A stretch of 55,849 nt of DNA. Origin: Vicinamibacterales bacterium. Its GTDB lineage: Bacteria > Acidobacteriota > Vicinamibacteria > Vicinamibacterales > 2-12-FULL-66-21. Shown here piece by piece: positions 1 to 6,783 of this stretch. The notes below the pieces were generated by a model. The model did no database searches. It was not told the origin of the DNA and worked only from the letters and a program-made list of their open reading frames with translations. The first letter of the stretch is position 1. The number at the start of each line of letters is the position of its first letter. The stretch is taken from the NCBI GenBank assembly GCA_035575695.1, contig DATLXP010000101.1, positions 1 through 55,849 on the forward strand, in the 5' to 3' direction. Position numbers and translations under genes: made by a program.

Positions 1-261
1 ACCCGCGCGATGATCACCGCCGCGCTCGCGGGGCAGCTCGACGATGTCACCTTCGCGGTCGATCCGGTCTTCAACCTCGACGTGCCGCAGTCGGTGCCCG
101 GCGTGCCCACCGAGGTGCTGAATCCGCGGAACACGTGGCCCAATGGGGCAGCCTACGACGAGCAGGCGCGCAAGCTCGCGCGGATGTTCGTCGAGAACTT
201 CAAGACGTTCGAGGCGGAGGCCGCGCCAGAGGTCACGGCCGCAGGACCCACACGCGTGTGA
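1..261 (+). CDS. pckA: phosphoenolpyruvate carboxykinase (ATP), C-terminal fragment; 5' end outside window
   Basis: Frame open from base 1 to TGA 259-261. ...VLNPRNTWPNGAAYDEQARKLARMFVENF... matches the conserved C-terminus of ATP-dependent PEPCK. Confidence 0.8.
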   Translation, partial: TRAMITAALAGQLDDVTFAVDPVFNLDVPQSVPGVPTEVLNPRNTWPNGAAYDEQARKLARMFVENFKTFEAEAAPEVTAAGPTRV

Positions 262-1697
262 TCCCCACGATTGGCCTGGAGGTCCACGCGCAGCTCCGGA
301 CCACCACCAAGATCTTCTGCGGGTGCAGCGCCGCCTTCGGCGCAGCGCCCAATAGCCCGACCTGCGCGGTGTGCCTCGGTCTCCCCGGGGCGCTTCCTGT
401 CCTCAATCGCGCCGCCGTCGAGCACGCGGTGCGTGCCGCGCTCGCGCTGGGCTGCACCGTCCATCCGGTGTCGGTGTTTGCCCGCAAGCACTATTTCTAC
501 CCGGACCTTCCGAAGGGATACCAGATTTCGCAGTACGATCGTCCGCTGGCGACCGGCGGAGCCGTGCCGCTCGACGTCGGCGGCGGGGGGCGGCCCGTGG
601 GGATCGTCCGCGTCCACTTGGAAGAGGACGCTGGAAAGTCGCTGCACAACGCCGTGACCGACGACCGGCAGCCGTCGGCGGCCACGGGGGTCGACTTCAA
701 CCGCAGCGGCGTACCGCTCATCGAGATCGTCACCGCCCCGGACATCACCTCCGGCGCCATGGCGGCCGCATGCTTCAGCCGGATCCGCGACGTGCTGGTA
801 TCGATCGGCGTCACGGACGGGAACATGGAAGAGGGGAGCCTGCGCTGCGACGCGAACGTATCCGTGCGGCAGGATGAAACCCATCCGCTCGGCGTGAAGG
901 TTGAGATCAAGAACATCAACTCTTTCCGTTACGTCCAGCGCGCCATCGAGTTCGAGATCGAGCGGCAGTCGGCGCTGGCGTCCCGGGGCGGGCTGGTCAT
1001 CGCGGAAACGCGGCTCTGGGACAGTGCGGCTGGCGAGACGTACTCGATGCGGACCAAGGAAGAGGCACACGACTACCGGTACTTTCCCGAACCGGACCTG
1101 CCGCCGTTGCTCGTGACCGAGGTGTGGCTGAGTGAGCTGCGCCGGACGCTCGATGATCTGCCCGAGTCGACGCGCGACCGCTTCGTCCGGGTCTACGGAC
1201 TGCCGCCCTACGACGCGGGGGTGCTCACGCAGTCGGCTCCGCTCGCCGCGTATTTCGAGGCGACCGCCGCCGCGGCAGGGAGTGCGAAGGCGGCGAGCAA
1301 CTGGATCATGGGGGAGCTCCTCGGTCGTCTCAACGCCGACCGGAAACGCATCGACGAGGTGCCGATCGATCCCGCCAGGCTGGCGGGCTTGATTCGCCTG
1401 GTGGAGTCGGGCAGGATTACCGGGCCGATTGCCAAGCAGGTCTTCGAACGGATGTTCGCGGGCGAGGGGGATGCCCACGCGATCGTCGAAGCCGAGGGCC
1501 TGAGCCGGATCGACGACGACGCGGCGATCGACGCACTGGTGGCGCAGACGATCATGAATAACCCGAAGCCGGTCGCGCAGTACCGGGAGGGCAAGCGCCA
1601 GACCTTCGGCTTTCTCGTCGGTCAGGTCATGAAAACCAGTTCCGGCAAGGCGGACCCCGAAAAGGTTGCGGCCGCGTTGCGCCGGGCGCTGGAATAG
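258..1697 (+). CDS. gatB: Asp-tRNA(Asn)/Glu-tRNA(Gln) amidotransferase subunit B
   Basis: IGLEVHAQL, the CGCS..C.VC cysteine cluster and YFPEPDLPP are GatB hallmarks. Track start 135 runs through pckA. GTG 258 (GTGA overlap with the pckA stop) gives the expected ~480 aa. Confidence 0.9.
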   Translation: MIPTIGLEVHAQLRTTTKIFCGCSAAFGAAPNSPTCAVCLGLPGALPVLNRAAVEHAVRAALALGCTVHPVSVFARKHYFYPDLPKGYQISQYDRPLATGGAVPLDVGGGGRPVGIVRVHLEEDAGKSLHNAVTDDRQPSAATGVDFNRSGVPLIEIVTAPDITSGAMAAACFSRIRDVLVSIGVTDGNMEEGSLRCDANVSVRQDETHPLGVKVEIKNINSFRYVQRAIEFEIERQSALASRGGLVIAETRLWDSAAGETYSMRTKEEAHDYRYFPEPDLPPLLVTEVWLSELRRTLDDLPESTRDRFVRVYGLPPYDAGVLTQSAPLAAYFEATAAAAGSAKAASNWIMGELLGRLNADRKRIDEVPIDPARLAGLIRLVESGRITGPIAKQVFERMFAGEGDAHAIVEAEGLSRIDDDAAIDALVAQTIMNNPKPVAQYREGKRQTFGFLVGQVMKTSSGKADPEKVAAALRRALE

Positions 1698-1718
1698 GCC
1701 CGGTCTGGCCGGGCGGAT

Positions 1719-2378
1719 ATGATCGAAGCCCATCACGTGTCGAAGACGTACTCCCGCGGTGTCTATGCGCTTCGCGACCTGTCGCTGCGCATCGACAAGG
1801 GAGACTTCGTGTTCCTGACCGGCCCGAGCGGCGCCGGCAAGTCGACGTTTCTGCGCCTGCTGCTTCGGCAGGATGTCCCGTCTGAAGGGCAGCTCCTCGT
1901 GGGCGCCCGCAACCTCGCGAATCTCACGCCTCGGCAGGTCCAGGCGTATCGCCGGTCGCTCGGTTTCGTGTTTCAGGACTTCAAGCTCCTCCAGAACAAG
2001 ACGGTCCTCGAGAACGTGGCCTTCGTGCCCCGCGTGCTGGGCATCGCACCGACCCAGCAGCAGCGGCGGACGTTCCAGGTGCTGAAGTGGGTGGGCCTGC
2101 AGCATCGGATGAGCGCGTATCCGCAGGAGCTCTCCGGGGGCGAGCAGCAGCGCGTCGCGATCGCGCGCGCCATCGTCAACGATCCCGTCATCATCCTGGC
2201 CGACGAGCCGACGGGCAACCTCGATCCCGACCTGTCCCTCGAAATCATGAACCTCTTCCGGGAGATCAACGCGCGCGGCACGACCGTTGTCGTCGCCACG
2301 CACGACCGGGAGCTGATACGACGGGTCGGGCGACGCTCGGTCACGCTCAACCACGGGCAGATCGTCGAGGTGAGGTGA
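1719..2378 (+). CDS. ftsE: cell division ATP-binding protein FtsE
   Basis: ABC ATPase with Walker A GPSGAGKST, signature LSGGEQQR and Walker B ILADEPT. Immediately followed by ftsX. Confidence 0.9.
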   Translation: MIEAHHVSKTYSRGVYALRDLSLRIDKGDFVFLTGPSGAGKSTFLRLLLRQDVPSEGQLLVGARNLANLTPRQVQAYRRSLGFVFQDFKLLQNKTVLENVAFVPRVLGIAPTQQQRRTFQVLKWVGLQHRMSAYPQELSGGEQQRVAIARAIVNDPVIILADEPTGNLDPDLSLEIMNLFREINARGTTVVVATHDRELIRRVGRRSVTLNHGQIVEVR

Positions 2379-3265
2379 TGCACGCGTTGCGGTATTTTTT
2401 CTCGGAAGCGGTCGCCAGTCTCTGGCGCGGGCGTCGCGCCGCCCTCCTTGCCGTCCTCACGATTGCGGCCAGCCTGTTCGTGCTCGGCGTCTTTCTACTG
2501 CTGAACGTGAACCTCCAGCGCCTGGTATCGCGGTGGAGCGAGTCGGCGGAGCTCTCTGTGTATCTCGAGGACGACGCGACGGCCGTCGATCTGACGAATA
2601 TCGATGAGATGGTCGCGGGGAGCGGCGTGGCCGCCGAGCGCCGCTACGTCTCGAAACAGCTCGCCCTTGAGCGCTTCGGCGCGGATTTTCCGGATCTGGC
2701 CGGCGCGGCCGGCGCGCTCGAGAGCCATCCGTTTCCGGCATCCTTCGATCTGCGACTCAAGCCCGGCGTCCGGGAAGCGACGGGCGCCGTGGATGGGTTG
2801 GTGGCTGCGCTTCGAACGATGCCTGGCGTGGCGGACGTGCGCTACGATCGCGAGTGGCTCGAGCGGTTGAATGCCGTCGTGCGTGGCGGACGGGTCGCCG
2901 GCGGCATCGTCGCCCTCCTGCTCGCGCTGGCGGCGGCCATGACGGTGGCCAACGTCGTGCGGCTGGCGGCGACAGCACGCCGCGCGGAGATCGAGATCAT
3001 GCAGCTGGTCGGCGCGCCGTTCGCGTACGTTCGTGGGCCTTTCGTAGCCGAGGGGATTTTGCAGGGGGGCATCGGTGCGCTGGTCGCGCTGGCCGCGCTG
3101 GGCGGTGCCTACCTGCTCATGAGGATGAGATACGGCGGGTCGATCGCCGAGGCACTGGGGGGGCCGGTGACGTTCCTGCCGGTTCAAGCGGCGGCGCTCT
3201 TGATCGCCGGAGGCATGCTGCTGGGGTGCGTCGGGGGCTATGTCGTGGCACGGCGAGTACGCTAG
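2378..3265 (+). CDS. ftsX: cell division permease-like protein FtsX
   Basis: ATG 2378 overlaps the ftsE stop by 1 nt. N-terminal TM, periplasmic domain and three C-terminal TM segments. Track start 2087 is a 5' extension into ftsE. Confidence 0.85.
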   Translation: MHALRYFFSEAVASLWRGRRAALLAVLTIAASLFVLGVFLLLNVNLQRLVSRWSESAELSVYLEDDATAVDLTNIDEMVAGSGVAAERRYVSKQLALERFGADFPDLAGAAGALESHPFPASFDLRLKPGVREATGAVDGLVAALRTMPGVADVRYDREWLERLNAVVRGGRVAGGIVALLLALAAAMTVANVVRLAATARRAEIEIMQLVGAPFAYVRGPFVAEGILQGGIGALVALAALGGAYLLMRMRYGGSIAEALGGPVTFLPVQAAALLIAGGMLLGCVGGYVVARRVR

Positions 3266-3268
3266 ACG

Positions 3269-3297
3269 TTGACAGGCGTACACGTCCCGTTTACACT
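3269..3297 (+). promoter_or_regulatory. sigma-70-type promoter, TTGACA-17 nt-TACACT
   Basis: TTGACA 3269-3274, 17-nt spacer, TACACT 3292-3297. About 37 nt upstream of ATG 3334, which has a GAGGAG Shine-Dalgarno at 3324-3329. Confidence 0.6.
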
Positions 3298-3333
3298 CGG
3301 GTCATCCAATCAGTTGACCTCGCGAGGAGTCGC

Positions 3334-3618
3334 ATGGCACGCGTTAGAACCCATCGGGTTATGAGCGCCTCTCTATGTTTACCTGCCGATTTCTATCGTC
3401 AGGAATTTCTCAGGCACCGCGAGTTGCTGGCCCAGCAGAAGGACTCCTTCTCCGAGCGGGCCATCACCGACGCGGATGACGCGCTGGCGCGCGTGCTCGG
3501 CCGCCTCGAGCAGCTGTGCGCGCAGGACGACGCCGACCAGTTGATCGGGAGACTGCTGCGACAGTTCAATGCCGTGACCGGCCTCTCAGGCCTGACTGAC
3601 CCGAAACAGCTTCACTGA
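3334..3618 (+). CDS. hypothetical protein (94 aa)
   Basis: ATG with GAGGAG 4 nt upstream and a consensus promoter. No family recognised. Track start 2854 is a spurious extension over ftsX. Confidence 0.55.
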   Translation: MARVRTHRVMSASLCLPADFYRQEFLRHRELLAQQKDSFSERAITDADDALARVLGRLEQLCAQDDADQLIGRLLRQFNAVTGLSGLTDPKQLH

Positions 3619-4907
3619 ACGCCTCCGATCCCGCCCTTCGCACTGACCTCCTGCGCATCCTGCGCGCAGCGGTCGACGCCGTTGACCCATTCCCACTGAC
3701 CCGCGATGCGCTCGTTACGCGTACGTCCGAACTCCACGGGCCACTCCACTGTGTCGCCGCCGGCAAGGCCGCCTGGCACATGGCACGCGCCGCCTCTTCC
3801 GTTCTCGGATCGCGGCCCGGCCTGGGCCTGATCGCCGGACCAGCGGCAGGCGGTTCGGTTGGGGGATTCGAGTGGTTCGCTGCGGCTCACCCTTTTCCGG
3901 ATGACGAGAGCGAACGCGCTGCGCGCCGTGCGTTGACGTTCGCGGCCAGGGTCCGCGCCGAGGGTGGCCACCTGCTCGTTCTCCTGTCCGGCGGCGCATC
4001 GTCGCTTCTGGCCCTCCCCGCGGAGGGTATCTCGCTCGAGGACAAGCGAGTAGTTGCACGGCGTCTGATGGAGGCGGGAACCGACATCAGGGCGTTGAAC
4101 GCTGTGCGCAAGCATCTGTCCGGTATCAAAGGAGGACGGCTGGCCGCCGTCGCCGGCCGCACGCTGACGCTGGCGATCTCGGACGTTCACCATCCGCCAG
4201 ACGACCCCGCCTCGATCGGCTCAGGTCCCACGGTTCCAGATCCATCCACCTATACGGACGCTCTCCGCACTGTCGCGGTGCTGGGAGGCCGCGTCCCACG
4301 ATCCGTTCGAGAGCACCTCGAGCAGGGTGCCGCGGGTCACAGAGAGGAATCGCCGAAACCCGGAAACCGGATGCTCGCCGACAGTCAATTCGCCGTGATC
4401 GCCAACCGCCATACAGCGGAGCGCGGTGCCGCCGCCGATGCGGCGCGTCGCGGCTACGATGTGGTCGTACTGCCCGAGCCGACGGGTGGCGAGGCTGTGA
4501 CAGCGGGGCGGGCCTTTGCCGCCGCGGCGTTGCGCACCGCCGACGGCCGACGCCGGGTGTGCGTGATCGCGTCCGGCGAACCGACGGTGACGGTGAGGGG
4601 ACAGGGCCGCGGCGGGCGGAACCAGGAGTTCGCGCTCGGGGCAGCCGAGGTCCTGGCTGACGCGCGCAGTGCGGCGCTGGTCGCCAGCATTGGCACCGAT
4701 GGAGTGGACGGCCCGACCGATGCCGCCGGCGCGCTCGTGAGTGCCGAGACCGCGCCGCGAGCGGACGCGCGAGGATCGAGTATCCGCGAGGCGCTTGCCA
4801 ACAATGACGCCTATCCGTTGTTCGACGCCCTCGGGGATCTCATCAAGTGGGGGCCGACGCTGACCAACGTCGGTGACGTCCATGTGTTGATCGCAGGGCG
4901 TCGCTGA
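3615..4907 (+). CDS. glycerate kinase / hydroxypyruvate reductase family protein (MOFRL domain); start codon uncertain
   Basis: LLRILRAAVDAVDP and VAAGKAAWHMA are N-terminal motifs of this family, and both lie upstream of the first canonical start (ATG 3780). The in-frame stop is at 3597-3599. The only plausible initiator is CTG 3615, which overlaps the upstream TGA as CTGA. Confidence 0.75.
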   Translation: MNASDPALRTDLLRILRAAVDAVDPFPLTRDALVTRTSELHGPLHCVAAGKAAWHMARAASSVLGSRPGLGLIAGPAAGGSVGGFEWFAAAHPFPDDESERAARRALTFAARVRAEGGHLLVLLSGGASSLLALPAEGISLEDKRVVARRLMEAGTDIRALNAVRKHLSGIKGGRLAAVAGRTLTLAISDVHHPPDDPASIGSGPTVPDPSTYTDALRTVAVLGGRVPRSVREHLEQGAAGHREESPKPGNRMLADSQFAVIANRHTAERGAAADAARRGYDVVVLPEPTGGEAVTAGRAFAAAALRTADGRRRVCVIASGEPTVTVRGQGRGGRNQEFALGAAEVLADARSAALVASIGTDGVDGPTDAAGALVSAETAPRADARGSSIREALANNDAYPLFDALGDLIKWGPTLTNVGDVHVLIAGRR

Positions 4908-4911
4908 TGCG

Positions 4912-4930
4912 CCGCCCTGCGGATGGGCGG
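4912..4930. terminator. GC hairpin between convergent genes (possible bidirectional terminator)
   Basis: CCGCCC (4912-4917), 7-nt loop, GGGCGG (4925-4930), followed by CTATTT. Lies between the glycerate kinase stop and the stop of the minus-strand gene ending at 4932. Confidence 0.35.
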
Positions 4931-4931
4931 G

Positions 4932-5468
4932 CTATTTCAGGAGTGTGGCTTTCGCCTCGATCTTGACCTTGCGGTCCGACGACGGATCCGCTGACTGGGA
5001 CACGAGCAGCGATTTCCCGTCGTCCAGAATGACGGTCAGCGACTCCGAGATGCTCGTTGTCGCTCGCTCTTCGGTATCACCCTCGCCAGCCTGCGGCTTG
5101 TATTCGAGAGTGATGAACACCTTGATGCGGCTGTCGCGCGTGATTTCCGGCTGCGCATCGACATTGAGGATGATGGGCACGCCTCGTCCGCTCGGCAGGC
5201 GAACCTCGCCCTGTGTTCTGATGCGTCCGGCGGCCCGGTCCGCCATGACGAGGGTCACGGTCTTTGATGTAGGAGCGGACGCGCCTCGTTGGTCCGTGAT
5301 CGTCAATTCCAGCTTGATGTTCACCAACTGCGCCGGCTGACGGGGGGAAGAGGGAGCGGCCTGTGCCATGACGTCCGACTTTGGCGTGGGCGTCTGGGCC
5401 TGCTGCGCGCCCGGGGCTGACGCGGTCAGCGCCAGAAGTGCGGTGATGGTGAAAAGCTTCGTCGACAT
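4932..5468 (-). CDS. secreted hypothetical protein (178 aa, signal peptide)
   Basis: ATG 5468 is preceded by AAGGAG. MSTKLFTITALLALTASAPGAQQ looks like a Sec signal. Last gene of the ECF sigma/anti-sigma operon. Track start 5906 is an extension. Confidence 0.7.
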   Translation of the reverse strand: MSTKLFTITALLALTASAPGAQQAQTPTPKSDVMAQAAPSSPRQPAQLVNIKLELTITDQRGASAPTSKTVTLVMADRAAGRIRTQGEVRLPSGRGVPIILNVDAQPEITRDSRIKVFITLEYKPQAGEGDTEERATTSISESLTVILDDGKSLLVSQSADPSSDRKVKIEAKATLLK

Positions 5469-5479
5469 GGGTCTCCTTG

Positions 5480-6070
5480 CTATCGGCGTGGCGACAGCGC
5501 TGGCAGGTGCAGTGGTTGGATGTCGAGCGCTGGAATCACCAGCGCAGACGGGGCCATGAGCGCGCCATGGGCTGTGTCCGGGGACGCCGCCGGTTCTCCC
5601 ATGTCTGCAGGTCGTACCTCGTTCGACCGGAACCGCACGCTCGCCGCGGAGACGCGGTCCGATCGTTGGCCGAAGATGCTCGCGGGCGTGGCGACAGGCC
5701 CGCGCTTCGGCGACTGCGCGGGCGTGTCGCGCGTTCGGGCCGGCTTCACGGCGGGCCGACGCACGGCGACCGCAGAGGGCGCGGTGATGCCAGAGGTCAT
5801 CACGCCCGTCACGGGGACCGGGGCGTGGGTGCTGTTGTCGAGGAGCGCGACCGCCAGCAGCACAGCGGCGAGTGCCCCCGCGGGCGCCAGCAGCCATGGC
5901 ATCCACGACCCCTTCCGGACCGGGGCATCGAGTGTCGACAGTACGCGGCGTCGCAGGCCCGGCCGGGGGTCCACGTGCATCAGGTCCCGCACTGTGGCAT
6001 CGATCGAGTCGTCTATTGACCGTATTGGTCGCATCGCGTGCCCTTCGAAGTCGTGATTACTCATCGCCAT
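5480..6070 (-). CDS. putative anti-sigma factor (single-pass membrane protein)
   Basis: Overlaps the ECF sigma stop by 14 nt. Short cytoplasmic N-terminus, one TM (WLLAPAGALAAVLLAVALL) and a Pro/Ala-rich exterior. Assigned by position and architecture only. Confidence 0.55.
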   Translation of the reverse strand: MAMSNHDFEGHAMRPIRSIDDSIDATVRDLMHVDPRPGLRRRVLSTLDAPVRKGSWMPWLLAPAGALAAVLLAVALLDNSTHAPVPVTGVMTSGITAPSAVAVRRPAVKPARTRDTPAQSPKRGPVATPASIFGQRSDRVSAASVRFRSNEVRPADMGEPAASPDTAHGALMAPSALVIPALDIQPLHLPALSPRR

Positions 6071-6665
6071 GTCCCATCGCAGCCAGCTTCCGCTTCAACA
6101 TGCGCCGGGCTTCAGCCACGCGCCACTTGACGGTGCCGACCGGCGCGCCGAGCATCTGCCCGATTTCTTCGTACGTGTGTTCACCGGAACCCGCAAGCAG
6201 CAGCGCGTCTCGCAGCTTGCGGGGTAACGTGCCAATCAGCGTGCGGACCTGCCGCTGTAACTCGTTGCCCTCGAGGACGGCGTCCTGCGCACGGGCGAGC
6301 GAGGGGACACGTTCGATGAGATCTAATCTGTCGTCGCTAGTCTCGTGGCGTGCCGGTGATGCCGCGAGCTTCAGCCAGCGGCTGATCGTGTTTCTCCGGT
6401 CGATCGCCTTGCGCCAGGTGATGGACAGCAGCCACGTGCGAAACTGGGATTCCCCGCGGAATCCGGCGAGCTTCCTCCACGCGGTCAGGAACGCCTCCTG
6501 CGCGACGTCGTCGGCCTCCGCGGCGGAGCCCACGGCAGCCAGCGCCGCCCGAAACACCGCGCGGCGGTTTCGTTCGACGAGCTCGCCGAACGCGTCAGCG
6601 TCGCCCGCCTGTGCCAGGCGCACGAGGTCAAAATCGGTCACCTCGGAAGACACGGTGGCGGTCAC
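6057..6665 (-). CDS. RNA polymerase ECF-type sigma factor (sigma-70 family, group 4)
   Basis: Region 2 (DDVAQEAFLTAWRKL) and region 4 HTH (YEEIGQMLGAPVGTVKWRV). Start set at GTG 6665; GTG 6653 and 6641 are also possible. Track start 6749 runs into the structured intergenic region. Confidence 0.85.
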   Translation of the reverse strand: MTATVSSEVTDFDLVRLAQAGDADAFGELVERNRRAVFRAALAAVGSAAEADDVAQEAFLTAWRKLAGFRGESQFRTWLLSITWRKAIDRRNTISRWLKLAASPARHETSDDRLDLIERVPSLARAQDAVLEGNELQRQVRTLIGTLPRKLRDALLLAGSGEHTYEEIGQMLGAPVGTVKWRVAEARRMLKRKLAAMGHGDE

Positions 6666-6724
6666 ACGATGTGTAGAGTCAGGCACTGGGCGGTTGGTTG
6701 GAAAATGTGAGCATACTTGCTCAG

Positions 6725-6775
6725 GCAGCCCTGAAGGGCTGCAAAACACCCGTAGCGCAGCCGTTCCAGGGCTGC
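6725..6775. promoter_or_regulatory. two tandem hairpins with the same stem sequence (GCAGCC / GGCTGC)
   Basis: GCAGCCC-TGAA-GGGCTGC (6725-6742) and GCAGCC-GTTCCAG-GGCTGC (6757-6775). Each is followed by AAAA/AAAG. Located 9-59 nt upstream of the rnr ATG, in the divergent ECF-sigma/rnr intergenic region. Confidence 0.5.
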
Positions 6776-6783
6776 AAAGTAAA

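Noticed and set aside
153-2354. 733-aa minus-strand ORF antisense to gatB/ftsE. Similar long antisense ORFs include 7720-10431(-), 22032-23696(+), 27044-28444(-), 28502-30004(-), 45828-47258(-) and 53352-55376(-).
   Set aside because: Each lies opposite a gene with unmistakable family motifs. Their translations are Arg/Pro/Gly/Asp-rich low-complexity strings typical of stop-poor antisense frames in GC-rich DNA.
3616-3700. Possibility that TGA 3616-3618 is a selenocysteine codon, given selB in the window.
   Set aside because: The same frame hits another TGA at 3697 after an implausible Pro/Ser/Cys-rich stretch. The downstream conserved protein is in a different frame. No SECIS-like hairpin follows immediately.
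6756-6775. GGAAC in the loop of the second rnr-upstream hairpin (minus strand) as the -35 box of an autoregulated ECF promoter.
   Set aside because: No CGT-type -10 element sits at the expected 16-17-nt spacing, and the sequence alone cannot distinguish this from chance.
5872-6783. 5' extensions of track ORFs: rnr from 5872, gatB from 135, ftsX from 2087, gpsA from 35812, ftsY from 37068, ribD from 37853, trmD from 43873, nagZ from 53268, and others.
   Set aside because: The extensions overlap neighbouring genes and lack family homology. Internal ATG/GTG starts, often in ATGA/GTGA overlaps, give canonical N-termini and lengths.
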